IMG/VR virus record: IMGVR_UViG_3300025425_001694
Strand: one strand, 5' to 3'
DNA from: a virus
DNA length: 64,000 nt
The notes beneath the pieces are model-generated. The model saw nothing but the letters and a program-made list of their open reading frames with translations. It did not search any database and had not been told where the DNA came from. Positions 36,401-46,875 of the stretch are shown in pieces (the first letter of the stretch is position 1; every line of letters begins with the position of its first letter). The position numbers were made by a program, and so were the translations under genes.

Positions 36401-37129
36401 ATGATAGAACAGTGTTCTAAAATGGCAAAACTGGCTGGGATTGCATATCTCGATGAAAAGCCAGCAAAACCAAAATATAAAAAGCTTGGGTATGCAGGTC
36501 ATAATTTTATAGAAAATGATGGAGCACAATGTCACGCTATTTGGAACGATGAAGAAATTGTATTATGTTTTAGAGGAACTGAGCCAAACGAATTTTCAGA
36601 TATATTAGCAGATCTTAATGCTTGGCCTGATAAAGCGAAAGTAGGTGGAAGAGTTCATAATGGTTTCCAAAACGAATTGGAAAAAATTTGGGAAGATATA
36701 ATTGAAATTCTCGAATTAAACAAAGATAAAGAGCTATATATCACAGGTCATTCTTTAGGTGGTGCAATGGCAACAATTGCTGCTAGCCGTTTAAAAGACG
36801 AAATAGAAGCTCTATACACATATGGATCGCCACGAGTTGGTACTAGAAAATTTGTAAAATCTTTTTCTAACGTTGAACATTATCGTCACGTTAATAATAA
36901 CGATGTAGTTACTTCAATTCCACTAGCCTTTATGGGATATGTACATCACCGCCCTCCTCGTTATATCAATTTTCATGGTCATATTAGACCTTTCACTACT
37001 TGGCAAAGATTAAAAGATAAATGGCGTGGCAGACTAGCATCCATCAAACAATGGAAACCATTTGATGGTGCTTCAGATCACGGAATGAATTTTTATGTAG
37101 AATATACAGAGAAAAATAAAAATGTCTAA
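36401..37129 (+). CDS. class 3 lipase
   Basis: FRGT, VHNGF, TGHSLGGAMA, TYGSPRVG, NNNDVV. Confidence 0.9.
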   Translation: MIEQCSKMAKLAGIAYLDEKPAKPKYKKLGYAGHNFIENDGAQCHAIWNDEEIVLCFRGTEPNEFSDILADLNAWPDKAKVGGRVHNGFQNELEKIWEDIIEILELNKDKELYITGHSLGGAMATIAASRLKDEIEALYTYGSPRVGTRKFVKSFSNVEHYRHVNNNDVVTSIPLAFMGYVHHRPPRYINFHGHIRPFTTWQRLKDKWRGRLASIKQWKPFDGASDHGMNFYVEYTEKNKNV

Positions 37130-37331
37130 AGAAGTATTAAAAGATGAAGACACTCCTGAAGGAACTTTTGATTTAAGTTTTAGAGTTATGAATAACGAAA
37201 TACTAGGATTCACAATGCGTGTTGATGACTTTAAAGCTAAGTGGCTATTACTTGGTCTTATATCTATCGCCGTTTTAGGATACATGGTTTCTGTTTTCGG
37301 GCCTGTCATAATGTCTACGTTTGGAAGCTAA
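37122..37331 (+). CDS. small membrane protein
   Basis: single TM; coupled ORF. Confidence 0.55.
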   Translation: MSKEVLKDEDTPEGTFDLSFRVMNNEILGFTMRVDDFKAKWLLLGLISIAVLGYMVSVFGPVIMSTFGS

Positions 37332-37332
37332 C

Positions 37333-37608
37333 ATGGATACATTAGTAAGAATGTTTGGTGATACACTGTGGATTTATACAGCTATCGGCGGGTCAATAAT
37401 CGGTGCTGCGTTTCTGGCCTGGTTTAGAAATACAAAAGCTGCGCTATATCTAATGGGTAAGTTTGATAACGCTTTAGATTACTTGGTAGATCGATTTGGG
37501 TGGGATTGGCTACAAGACGATCCCGAGGCTTGGCGGAAACGCTATCCACGTGTTACTAAAAAAATTGACGACTTAGAATCTCGCGTTAAAGAATTGGAAG
37601 GTAAATAA
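37333..37608 (+). CDS. small membrane protein
   Basis: TM helix; WRKRYP. Confidence 0.55.
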   Translation: MDTLVRMFGDTLWIYTAIGGSIIGAAFLAWFRNTKAALYLMGKFDNALDYLVDRFGWDWLQDDPEAWRKRYPRVTKKIDDLESRVKELEGK

Positions 37609-37844
37609 TGAGTGATAGATTGAATATGCACGATGCTGTGGAAGATCTTAGAAAAAGAATCAATACTCTTCGAGCTCATATGGAAGCAAGTGAATCAAAT
37701 AACAATGTTGTTAATGATGCTGAACATGAAGATCCACCAATACAAATAATAGATAAAGTAGAAGACGAAAAAAAGATAGCAGCTGATAAGAAAATGGCTG
37801 AAATGAAAGCAATGAAAGCTAAACTGTTAGGAAAGAAAAAATGA
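37608..37844 (+). CDS. hypothetical protein
   Basis: coupled TAATG start; ends MKAKLLGKKK. Confidence 0.55.
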   Translation: MSDRLNMHDAVEDLRKRINTLRAHMEASESNNNVVNDAEHEDPPIQIIDKVEDEKKIAADKKMAEMKAMKAKLLGKKK

Positions 37845-38272
37845 ATTGGATTAAAAAAAGATTAACAGAAAGAACTACTCTTGATGGCGCCGTTCTTATT
37901 GCGACTGGCGTAGCAATGATTTTAGTTCCAGTAGATTTAATTGCGTATGCAGTGATTTTCTACGGTGCATGGACTATTTGGAAAAAAGGATAGTATAGTG
38001 TTTAGTAAAAAATGTAAACTACACTTAGACGAAGCTGATCAAAAACCTTTGGGGCATATGATGCATGCTCTAACCATAGCAGCTAAATTACAATTGCTAG
38101 TTCCTGTTTTAATTATACATAGTGTAGTGCCAAGATGCTTTACTAATACGGCATCTAACGTAATGAAAGATATATTGAATAAACAAAAAGATACTTAAAT
38201 TAATCTATTGACAAATACAAAAATATGTAATATAATAAAACAATAAGACTAAGTAAAGGTGAATTTGAATTA

Positions 38273-38866
38273 ATGGACAATTTAAAAAACTTAACAAAAT
38301 CAGAACATCGAAACGCTGAAAGAACTGCGTTTATGCGCAGGCTAATAAAAAAGAATATTGCTCCAGTTCAATACTATGTTTATTTAAAAAACCAATTGTT
38401 TGTATACACTACGTTAGAATATTATGCAGGGCTTAAAGGTATTTTTGAAGGTGAAATGTCAAAATTAGAAAGATCTTCTTCATTACTTCAAGATGTTTTG
38501 GAAATGGAATCGATTGAAAATTTTAATAACACTGATGACGATTTAATACTTTTAGCCGCTAAAGACTACGTAAAATATATTGAAGAAATACAAGACGATA
38601 AAGATAGGCTCTTTGCTCACGTTTATGTAAGGCATATGGGTGATTTATCTGGCGGGCAAATGATTAAAAAATTAGTACCAGGTCCTATATCCTTTTATGA
38701 ATTCGATGGCGACACCGAAGATCTTAAAGGCAAAATAAGAGAAAAACTACATGACGGCCTGGTTGATGAAGCTAAAGTTTGTTTCAGCATGGTTCAAAAA
38801 TTTTTAGAAGAATTGGAACAATATTTTAATGGAACAGACACCGAAGCTGTGGAAAACGTTGAATGA
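38273..38866 (+). CDS. hemO: heme oxygenase
   Basis: TKSEHRNAE proximal His; AHVYVRHMGDLSGGQMI signature. Confidence 0.92.
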   Translation: MDNLKNLTKSEHRNAERTAFMRRLIKKNIAPVQYYVYLKNQLFVYTTLEYYAGLKGIFEGEMSKLERSSSLLQDVLEMESIENFNNTDDDLILLAAKDYVKYIEEIQDDKDRLFAHVYVRHMGDLSGGQMIKKLVPGPISFYEFDGDTEDLKGKIREKLHDGLVDEAKVCFSMVQKFLEELEQYFNGTDTEAVENVE

Positions 38867-39518
38867 ATATGCCAACTATTTAGAAGCAAGGTTTGACGAA
38901 GTCTTTGAACGTTACGAAGAACCAAAAATAAATAAGTTAAATTTTAAAAATTGGAACAACACTTTTTGGAGTTCTAATGTTATTCGTAAGTGTCATTTAA
39001 AAACAATTGTACCTAAAGACGGGCGCGACCATTGGCTAATGCATGTAAACGTGTTTCCGAACACGAATATAGAATTGCCAATCCTTGGGTTTAATATCGC
39101 AGCTAGCCCTAAAAAGATTACTAGTTCGTTTATGGACTATAGCCCTTTATATGGATTTCCACATCCGTATCACGATTATATGGAAATGCGTGTTGCTGGT
39201 TTGGAATGGAACATGCCACAGAATTTGCCACCCTGGGCCAGTGAAATCTTTTCAGGAGATGTGCTTACAGCTGACAACATTGATACTGATGCGGAACTCA
39301 ACCATTTTATCCAAGTCATGACCGATTTGGTAGATTATTACCTAGACAATTTAAATGCGAATGCGCTCGAAACTCAGCGTGATATAAAGCCATTATTAAA
39401 CAGATATTGTCAAAATCAAAAACTAAATCCGCATTTACATCGTTCTATTTTGGCTATGGGCATATCAGAGCAAGATAAAAACGATTACGTAAACAACGTA
39501 TTGTTTGAAGAAATTTAA
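38829..39518 (+). CDS. second ferredoxin-dependent bilin reductase-like protein (divergent active site)
   Basis: IRKCHL...LMHVNVFP...LPILGFNI...FMDYSP, LPPWASEIFS, RYCQNQKLNPHL; overlaps the heme oxygenase stop. Confidence 0.85.
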   Translation: MEQTPKLWKTLNEYANYLEARFDEVFERYEEPKINKLNFKNWNNTFWSSNVIRKCHLKTIVPKDGRDHWLMHVNVFPNTNIELPILGFNIAASPKKITSSFMDYSPLYGFPHPYHDYMEMRVAGLEWNMPQNLPPWASEIFSGDVLTADNIDTDAELNHFIQVMTDLVDYYLDNLNANALETQRDIKPLLNRYCQNQKLNPHLHRSILAMGISEQDKNDYVNNVLFEEI

Positions 39519-39728
39519 ATGAAAATATTCAAAGCTATTGCTGCCTATACCAACAATTCACCAAAAAAACAGTTGACATACATGCACTGTTGTGATAATA
39601 TTAATATTATTAGTAATGAAACAGTCCTAAACTTTTCGAACCACAAGTATTTAATAACTGTGGTTTGCTGTAGTAATTGTGGTAGTAAAAAAGCAACCTC
39701 TTACATTAAACACATAAAGGAGATATAA
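39519..39728 (+). CDS. small Cys-rich protein
   Basis: HCCD...CCSNCG. Confidence 0.5.
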   Translation: MKIFKAIAAYTNNSPKKQLTYMHCCDNINIISNETVLNFSNHKYLITVVCCSNCGSKKATSYIKHIKEI

Positions 39729-39929
39729 ATGATTGTAAATAAATTCCTAAAAGAAAAGTCAGGACAAAATTTACGCGCTGAAATTCATTCTGACGTGGAT
39801 GGATATAACGTCAAATATTTTATAAATGAAACCATGCAAACTCAAAAAACATTTGCAGGGCAAACTATTCGACAAGTTGAAGATGAAGCAAAAGGATGGA
39901 TTAATTCGGTAGGAGTTATAAACGGTTAA
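39729..39929 (+). CDS. hypothetical protein
   Basis: GGAG RBS; 66 aa. Confidence 0.55.
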   Translation: MIVNKFLKEKSGQNLRAEIHSDVDGYNVKYFINETMQTQKTFAGQTIRQVEDEAKGWINSVGVING

Positions 39930-40162
39930 TGATAGAAACTAGAACCCCGGAAAAAATTCACTTGGCAATTCAAGACAAATTAAAAAGAGGAGCAACTTAT
40001 ATTGATGCTCTTGTTACCTATGCCAAAGAAAACAATCTTGAAATTGAAACAGTCGCAAATATAGTTAAAAAATCTACAATCATAAAGCAAAAAATAAAAT
40101 CCGAAGCTTTAGAAATGAGATTGGTAAAAAAGGAAGAAAATGACGTCACTGAATTATGCTAA
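39929..40162 (+). CDS. gp33: late transcription coactivator
   Basis: TYIDALV..A.ENNLEIE...IKQKIKSEA; upstream of gp59 and gp32. Confidence 0.85.
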   Translation: MIETRTPEKIHLAIQDKLKRGATYIDALVTYAKENNLEIETVANIVKKSTIIKQKIKSEALEMRLVKKEENDVTELC

Positions 40163-40736
40163 TGAAGCATCGTTTCGAGTTTATGTCAACTATCTAGCAC
40201 TTAAGAAACATTTCGATACTGATGGTTATGATTATCACAAATATAATGGAAAAATTAGAGCTTCTTTCGATAAATTTCAAACACGAAACGATGCATTCTT
40301 TTTTTATAAGTTATCGAAAAAAGAAGATCCGTTAAAAATTCTTATCGCCAATCTAGTTCGTAATCCAAAGGCTTGGATACGAGAAATAGTCGAAGATCGT
40401 GGTGAAGAAATATATGCCGAATGGGAAAAGAGAATGGATTCTCTAACCTATTCGTATAAAATGGATTTAAAAAAACTAAAAGACAACTATCACGACAACC
40501 TAGCTGTTAACGACGGGCAGCATCCTTATATAATGACTATGTATTTCCAAAAGGAAATTTCTATTGAAACTTTTACTATACTTTCAAAGATTTCTAATGT
40601 TTATGACTATTGGGAAGAAAAAGTAGTTGACAAATTCGTTGCACGTGATATAATAAGATTATCCAAGAAATATTATCCATTCTTGGAAATAGACCAAAAA
40701 AAGTTTTCTGCAATCACTAAAGAATACTTTTTTTAA
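40140..40736 (+). CDS. gp59: helicase loader
   Basis: YLALKKHF...YDYHKYNGK...RND..FFYKL. Confidence 0.9.
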   Translation: MTSLNYANEASFRVYVNYLALKKHFDTDGYDYHKYNGKIRASFDKFQTRNDAFFFYKLSKKEDPLKILIANLVRNPKAWIREIVEDRGEEIYAEWEKRMDSLTYSYKMDLKKLKDNYHDNLAVNDGQHPYIMTMYFQKEISIETFTILSKISNVYDYWEEKVVDKFVARDIIRLSKKYYPFLEIDQKKFSAITKEYFF

Positions 40737-40819
40737 TATAAATAGATGGTGGAATAAATCCACAACATACATCGCAATATAAACCAATGCTATATAACGC
40801 AAAACTAGGAGACACAAAT

Positions 40820-41758
40820 ATGACAATGTCATTTGATGCACTTAAAAAGAACCGTTCATCTTCACTCGATAAGTTGAACTCACAGCTCTCACAAATCGCA
40901 ACAAAGAGCTATTCAGATCCTAACGAAGGTAAATTTTGGAAACCAACACGTGATAAAGCAGGTAACGGTTTCGCAATCATACGCTTTCTTCCTCCATCAT
41001 CGGGAGAAGAAATGCCATTCGCTAGACTCTGGGACCACGGATTTCAAGGTCCAACCGGTTTGTGGTATATCGAAAACTCTCTTACGACAATCGGAAAAGA
41101 CGATCCAGTTTCAGAATTTAATTCAAAGCTCTGGAACAGTGGTGTCGAACAAGATAAAGAGCAAGCTCGTAAACAAAAACGCCGCCTTAAATATATATCA
41201 AACGTTTATATAGTTAAAGATAGTGGCAACCCTGATAATGATGGAAAAGTATTCATGTATCAGTTTGGCAAGAAAATCTTTGATAAGCTAAATGATTTGA
41301 TGAACCCATCCTTTGAGGATGAAAGTCCAGTCAATCCGTTTGATTTTTGGGAAGGCGCAAACTTCCGTCTCAAAATCCGACAGTTTGAAGGATATCCAAA
41401 CTACGACAAATCAGAATTTGACGGCCCATCGCCGCTATTTGAAGATGATGATGAATTGGAGGGAGTTTGGAAGCAACAGCATTCTCTGCAAGAATTGGTT
41501 GATGAAAAGAACTTTAAATCATATGGAGATCTAAAAGCAAAAATGTATCGTGTTCTAAATCTCACTGGTGATTCTCCGCTGTCAACAAATACAGCAGATG
41601 ATGATACAGATAATGATCTTGACATGAGCAAGTTTGGAAAATCTGCTGATGCACCTACGATGAAAGAAGAAACATCTTCGGCATCAACATCGCAAACAGA
41701 TAGTATTAGTGATGATGACGAAGATCTCGCAATGTTTAGAGACCTCGTTAAAGGTTAA
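40820..41758 (+). CDS. gp32: single-stranded DNA-binding protein
   Basis: GNGFAIIRFLP, WYIENSLTT, NPFDFWEGANF, NYDKSEF, acidic tail. Confidence 0.95.
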   Translation: MTMSFDALKKNRSSSLDKLNSQLSQIATKSYSDPNEGKFWKPTRDKAGNGFAIIRFLPPSSGEEMPFARLWDHGFQGPTGLWYIENSLTTIGKDDPVSEFNSKLWNSGVEQDKEQARKQKRRLKYISNVYIVKDSGNPDNDGKVFMYQFGKKIFDKLNDLMNPSFEDESPVNPFDFWEGANFRLKIRQFEGYPNYDKSEFDGPSPLFEDDDELEGVWKQQHSLQELVDEKNFKSYGDLKAKMYRVLNLTGDSPLSTNTADDDTDNDLDMSKFGKSADAPTMKEETSSASTSQTDSISDDDEDLAMFRDLVKG

Positions 41759-41762
41759 CAAA

Positions 41763-41787
41763 GAGAAGGGGCTTCGGCCCCTTCTCA
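41763..41787 (+). terminator. hairpin / probable terminator
   Basis: GAGAAGGGGC-TTCG-GCCCCTTCTC (no clear T-run). Confidence 0.6.
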
Positions 41788-41805
41788 TATCTAGGAGGTT
41801 AAAAC

Positions 41806-42132
41806 ATGGCTAATAAAATATACGAAGAAGTTTTAGATTTCGATTTTGGGTTTACTTTTATAGACGAAGAACTGCAAGAAAAAGAACTTGCGGCTGCTGA
41901 CACTATTCAACAAGTAAGCTCAGAAAAGCAAACACTTGAAGATCAGCTTAATGATTCAAAAGTTGCTGCTGATGATTTGGAATATAGATTAGAACTTTTA
42001 TATAAATCTATTGTACCATTTTTAAATAATCTTTGCAAAAATCCCGATAAATCAACAATCTTTTGGCCTGATAGAGTTTCTAAAATTCAATCCTATCAAG
42101 CTAAACTGCTTTCAATCGCAGAAGGAAAATAA
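41806..42132 (+). CDS. conserved hypothetical protein
   Basis: FDFGFTFIDE...NL.KNPDK..I.WPDR. Confidence 0.65.
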   Translation: MANKIYEEVLDFDFGFTFIDEELQEKELAAADTIQQVSSEKQTLEDQLNDSKVAADDLEYRLELLYKSIVPFLNNLCKNPDKSTIFWPDRVSKIQSYQAKLLSIAEGK

Positions 42133-42133
42133 T

Positions 42134-43243
42134 ATGAGTCTACTATTAGACAAACTTGTGAAAAACTCTACCATTAAACTTACAGCTCAACTTACTGAGT
42201 CGAAAGTTTTTGGTAAAAAGGAAATGGCACCAACACCAGTTCCTATGGTAAATGTAGCTCTTTCTGGTGATATCGATGGTGGATTATCCCCAGGCCTTTT
42301 GGTTTTGGCTGGTCCGTCTAAACACTTTAAGTCTGCGTTTGCGCTATTAACAGCAGCTGCATATATGAACAAATATAAAGATGCAATTTTACTGTTTTAT
42401 GATTCAGAATTTGGTACACCACAAGCATATTTTGAATCGTTTGGTATTGACATGGATCGAGTAGTTCATACACCAATTACTAATGTTGAAGAACTTAAGT
42501 TTGATATCGCAAGTCAGCTTGATGCAATTGATAAAAAAGATCATGTATGTATTATCATTGACTCTGTAGGCAACCTTGCATCTAAGAAAGAAGTCGAAGA
42601 CGCAATGAATGAAAAATCTGTTGCGGATATGTCTCGTGCAAAGGCTCTTAAATCTTTGTTCCGTATTGTAACACCGCATCTTAATTTGAAAGATATCCCA
42701 CTTATTGCCGTGAATCATACTTATCAGGAAATCGGTTTGTTTCCAAAGGCTATCGTATCAGGCGGCACAGGCATATATTATTCGGCCACGGCTATTTGGA
42801 TTGTTGGTCGCCAGCAAGACAAAGTTGGTACTGAGGTCCAAGGTTATCACTTTGTTATTAATATTGAAAAATCACGGCACGTTAAAGAGAAATCCAAAAT
42901 TCCAATTACTGTATCTTGGGACGGTGGTATTGTTAAATGGTCAGGTTTGATGGACGTTGCTGAAAAGGGTGGATATCTACGTAAACCAAAGGTTGGTTGG
43001 TATGAGGCAGTAGATCCAGCAACTGGTGAAATACTTTCAGAAAAACTAATGCGAGCTAAGGAAGTAAATGACAATGGCGATTTTTGGAATATGATGTTTG
43101 AAAAAACTGATTTCAAAGCCTACGTTCACGATCGCTTTACAATCGGTGCATCTGGTAGTATTATGCGTGAAGACGATAGTAATAGCAGATCAAAGTCATT
43201 GGACGATTTGGCAGAAGCTAATAGCGAAGATGATCTAATTTAA
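42134..43243 (+). CDS. uvsX: RecA-like recombinase
   Basis: AGPSKHFKS, YDSEFG, DSVGNLASKKE, DMSRAK. Confidence 0.95.
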   Translation: MSLLLDKLVKNSTIKLTAQLTESKVFGKKEMAPTPVPMVNVALSGDIDGGLSPGLLVLAGPSKHFKSAFALLTAAAYMNKYKDAILLFYDSEFGTPQAYFESFGIDMDRVVHTPITNVEELKFDIASQLDAIDKKDHVCIIIDSVGNLASKKEVEDAMNEKSVADMSRAKALKSLFRIVTPHLNLKDIPLIAVNHTYQEIGLFPKAIVSGGTGIYYSATAIWIVGRQQDKVGTEVQGYHFVINIEKSRHVKEKSKIPITVSWDGGIVKWSGLMDVAEKGGYLRKPKVGWYEAVDPATGEILSEKLMRAKEVNDNGDFWNMMFEKTDFKAYVHDRFTIGASGSIMREDDSNSRSKSLDDLAEANSEDDLI

Positions 43244-43349
43244 TTGTTGACAATTCTATGATATAGTGATATATTAAAATTAATTACAAAGGTGATGGCA
43301 TTGATCTGTGATTGGTGCCATTACTCATCTTAACAATGGAAAAATTTGT

Positions 43350-44780
43350 ATGATTGAAAAAACAATATTATCTAATTTGATTTACAACGAAGAATATTGC
43401 AGAAGAGTATTCCCTTACATTAAGGAAGAATATTTCGATGATAATAGTCTTCGTAAAATCTTTTCAACATATTCGGATTATATGAACGAATATAAAGAGC
43501 CGCCATCAATTGAAGCTCTTAAAATCTCAATAGATAAACGTAAAGATCTAAATGAAAGCGCGTATAAAGAAGTCACGAATTTAATTGATGAATTGAAGAC
43601 GGACGAAAAAACAAACGAAACGTTTCTTGTTGATGAAACAGAAAAGTTCTGTCAGAATAAAGATTTGTATAATTCTATTCGTAAAGCTATTCTTATTCTT
43701 GACGGCCAAGATAAGGAAAATGATAAGGGTGCAATTCCAGGAATTCTTTCTGATTCGCTCGGTATTAGTTTCGATACACATATTGGCCACGACTTTCTTG
43801 AAGATTTTGAGTCTAGGCATGAATACTACCACCGTAAAGAAGAACGCATTCCTTTTGACATTGATATTTTAAATAGTATCACAAAGGGTGGATTACCTCG
43901 TAAATCCATGACTGTATTACTAGCAACAACTGGTGGTGGTAAATCATTAGTTAAATGCCATATGGCCGCAGCTAGTTTAATGCATGGCAAAAACGTTTTG
44001 TATGTTACAATGGAACTTGCCGAAGAAGAGGTTGCTCGTCGTATTGATGCCAATATTATGGACATTACACTCGATGAAGTAAAGGAAGTTCCGCTTGATG
44101 TATTTAAGAAGCAAATGGATCGTTACAAAACAAAAACTACAGGGAAGCTAGTTGTCAAAGAATATCCAACAGGTTCAGCTCACTCAGGCCATTTTAGACA
44201 TCTTTTAAATGAAATGCGTCTAAAGAAAAACTTCGTACCCGATGTTGTCTTTATTGATTATCTTAATATTTGTGCATCAGCAAGAGTAAAGGGTGCAGCC
44301 GCAGCAAATTCATATACACTAGTAAAATCTATTGCTGAAGAAATCCGTGGCCTTGCTATGGAATTTGATATTGCTATTGTAACCTCATCTCAGTTTAACC
44401 GTTCGGGATACGACAATTCTGATGTCGACTTAACAAATACCTCCGAGTCAATGGGTATTACTCACACTGCAGATTGTATTCTTGGTCTTATTACATCAGA
44501 AGATTTAGAATCAAGAGGACAAATTATGATTAAGCAACTAAAAAATCGTTGGGGAGATTTAGGTTATTATCGTAGGTTTGTTGTAGGAATTGACCGTTCA
44601 CGAATGAAACTGTTTAATCTTGAAGACGGAGCGCAACGAAACATTCAATCAGAATCATCCAATAGTAAAACAAATAACAATGATTCTGGATCGACGTTTG
44701 ATAAATCTTCTTTTGGACAAAAGTGGGATATGAATTCAAACAAAAAGAAAAGTTTATTTGAAGTAGGAGAATTGCAATGA
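43350..44780 (+). CDS. gp41: replicative helicase
   Basis: MIEKTILSNL start; ATTGGGKS, IDYLNIC, SESMG, KNRWG. Confidence 0.95.
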   Translation: MIEKTILSNLIYNEEYCRRVFPYIKEEYFDDNSLRKIFSTYSDYMNEYKEPPSIEALKISIDKRKDLNESAYKEVTNLIDELKTDEKTNETFLVDETEKFCQNKDLYNSIRKAILILDGQDKENDKGAIPGILSDSLGISFDTHIGHDFLEDFESRHEYYHRKEERIPFDIDILNSITKGGLPRKSMTVLLATTGGGKSLVKCHMAAASLMHGKNVLYVTMELAEEEVARRIDANIMDITLDEVKEVPLDVFKKQMDRYKTKTTGKLVVKEYPTGSAHSGHFRHLLNEMRLKKNFVPDVVFIDYLNICASARVKGAAAANSYTLVKSIAEEIRGLAMEFDIAIVTSSQFNRSGYDNSDVDLTNTSESMGITHTADCILGLITSEDLESRGQIMIKQLKNRWGDLGYYRRFVVGIDRSRMKLFNLEDGAQRNIQSESSNSKTNNNDSGSTFDKSSFGQKWDMNSNKKKSLFEVGELQ

Positions 44781-44968
44781 GTTACTCAGTGAAAAAAAAT
44801 AAAAACCAATACGATATTTTAGAAAAAAATACTGGAACTTTAATTCAAATTGGGCATAGTGAAAAGAACGCGAGAAATACCTGCAGGAAACTAAATTTAG
44901 GATCTGGTTTTGAAGGATGGACTCCACCATTCTTTTCTAAAAAAAATATCCTTGTTAATTTTTCGTAA
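44777..44968 (+). CDS. conserved hypothetical protein
   Basis: LNLGSGFEGWTPPFF. Confidence 0.6.
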   Translation: MSYSVKKNKNQYDILEKNTGTLIQIGHSEKNARNTCRKLNLGSGFEGWTPPFFSKKNILVNFS

Positions 44969-45026
44969 AGCATACCAAACACTTTTTTATAAATAATAGA
45001 AATTAAACCTATAATAGAGAATAGAT

Positions 45027-46322
45027 ATGATTTCATTTAAAAAATATGTAAGAGAGAATGCTGATATGCTTTTTACATCGCAACAAGATAAAGCAAAATT
45101 AGATAGTGCAATAACGCCTTATACTTATACTGTTAAAAATTCAACGCAAAGAAAAACAGTTTTAGTTGTTCGTTCTCAAAAAAACGATCGTGAAAAAGTA
45201 AAAAGAGACCTAGAAAAAAAATTAGATGACGCGAGTATTAGTTATGAATTAAGCACTACTGGCGGGTCTGTTGGATCTACTGTTGTAAAATTAGGTTCGC
45301 AATTAATTCAAATTACATATAAGCCAACGTCAGGCGGAATGTCTGAAACTACTCTTAATGCAACAATCACTGAACTTGCCCCTGCGCTTGCGTTCATGGC
45401 AAAAACAAAATTTTCTAATATAGATGACTTGTATAATTTTATTTCTAGTGCAGACGGAAATAAATTAGGAGTATATGTAAATACTCGTGATGCAGCGGCT
45501 GGTAAACAATTTATTGAACAAATGCCAACGTCGTCCAAATATGCTGAAAAAATGGAAAATGCTTTAGCTATCTTAGATTATCTAAATGATTTAAATAAGC
45601 AAACTCCAGTTAGCCAAGTATTTTGGGGCTATCGGGCAAAACCTGCTGGTATTGCGGCATCTCATAAAGGAGATCTTTTCGTTAAATTTAAAAATGGTAA
45701 TATGCTTGGAGTATCTCTTAAAGCTGGCGGTGAAAAAACCGCTGAACCACAATTAAATACATATGTAAACAAATTCTTTGATGATTACGGCTATAGTAGA
45801 GAAAAAACAACTTTGCAGAGTGAAGTGTATAAAGCGGTTCACTCAACTATCGGTCTTCCTAAAGATTGGGATTCTAGAACAAATAAAAAATCTTCTATTC
45901 AAACAATTAATGACTACAAGAGAAAAAATGCAAGAGAGTATGAAGCAAAATACGATCAAATGCTCGAAGTTATTCGGGGCGGTTTAATAAAGGCGGTAAA
46001 CCAAAATAAAAATAAAACTATAGATTATATACAAAAACAAGTATTGAAAAAAGATGCGAGCGTTCCTTTGGTTGTTGTAAAGGCTTTTGGTAAAAAATAT
46101 AAAATGGTAACAGATGAAGATGATTTAGAAACATTTTTACCAACTATAAAAAGTGTTCGCGCTTATTCGTCTACATCTTCAAAACAAAACTGGTTTATTG
46201 AATTGAGTAGCGGCCGCGAAAAGTTAACAATGAACATGTCTGTCCGCTCGAACAAATCACCACCTGAAAATAAAATTGCTCAGGGTTTTAATCTTACTAT
46301 CAAATTTAATGGAATTAAATAA
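45027..46322 (+). CDS. late protein with PD-(D/E)xK-like motif
   Basis: KGDLFV...GVSLK; N-terminus MISFKKYVRE; late promoter at 44988. Confidence 0.55.
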   Translation: MISFKKYVRENADMLFTSQQDKAKLDSAITPYTYTVKNSTQRKTVLVVRSQKNDREKVKRDLEKKLDDASISYELSTTGGSVGSTVVKLGSQLIQITYKPTSGGMSETTLNATITELAPALAFMAKTKFSNIDDLYNFISSADGNKLGVYVNTRDAAAGKQFIEQMPTSSKYAEKMENALAILDYLNDLNKQTPVSQVFWGYRAKPAGIAASHKGDLFVKFKNGNMLGVSLKAGGEKTAEPQLNTYVNKFFDDYGYSREKTTLQSEVYKAVHSTIGLPKDWDSRTNKKSSIQTINDYKRKNAREYEAKYDQMLEVIRGGLIKAVNQNKNKTIDYIQKQVLKKDASVPLVVVKAFGKKYKMVTDEDDLETFLPTIKSVRAYSSTSSKQNWFIELSSGREKLTMNMSVRSNKSPPENKIAQGFNLTIKFNGIK

Positions 46323-46814
46323 ATGTTAAGCTTTAAAAAGTTCATGACTGAAGAAAAAAACTTACACATGACGCACGCGGAAGATGCTGTTATAGATGGC
46401 GGAATTACAGGTACTCGTAACGTTATTAATTACCTACGTGATATTCGTGATATGCTAGCAGGTAATACTAAAGCACCTGTCAACATTAGCGTTAAGTGGG
46501 ACGGTTGTATTCACGAAGACACTATTGTTCTAACCAATGCCGGTGATATGACAATCAAAGAAGTTGTTGAACGCTGTCAGTTGGATGATAATCTTATGGT
46601 AATGGGTAAGGAATTGGGTAGCCCATTACAATATGATCGCATGGTTCATATTCTAGCTGGTATGTCACAAGATGGCAAAAAGGCTTGGGTTGAAATTGAA
46701 TTGGAAGATGGATCAAAACTGAAAATGACAGAAGACCACGAAGTACATACTTCTAACCGCGGTTGGGTTAAAGCTGGTGAATTAACTGAAGAGGATGATG
46801 TGACCGAATTGTAA
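46323..46814 (+). CDS. KxDG ligase-like protein (DUF6267-like), N-extein plus 102-aa IntN
   Basis: KNLHMTHAED...SVKWDG then CIHEDT (block A) and TEDHEV (block B). Confidence 0.9.
   Translation: MLSFKKFMTEEKNLHMTHAEDAVIDGGITGTRNVINYLRDIRDMLAGNTKAPVNISVKWDGCIHEDTIVLTNAGDMTIKEVVERCQLDDNLMVMGKELGSPLQYDRMVHILAGMSQDGKKAWVEIELEDGSKLKMTEDHEVHTSNRGWVKAGELTEEDDVTEL
46506..46811 (+). mobile_element. split intein N-fragment (102 aa)
   Basis: CIHEDTIVLT...KMTEDHEVHTSNRGWVKAGELTEED; acidic. Confidence 0.9.
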
Positions 46815-46875
46815 AGTGTGATGGATACCGCCTCAAATTACATCTTTTTATAAATAAAAATAAAAGGAGGCTAAT

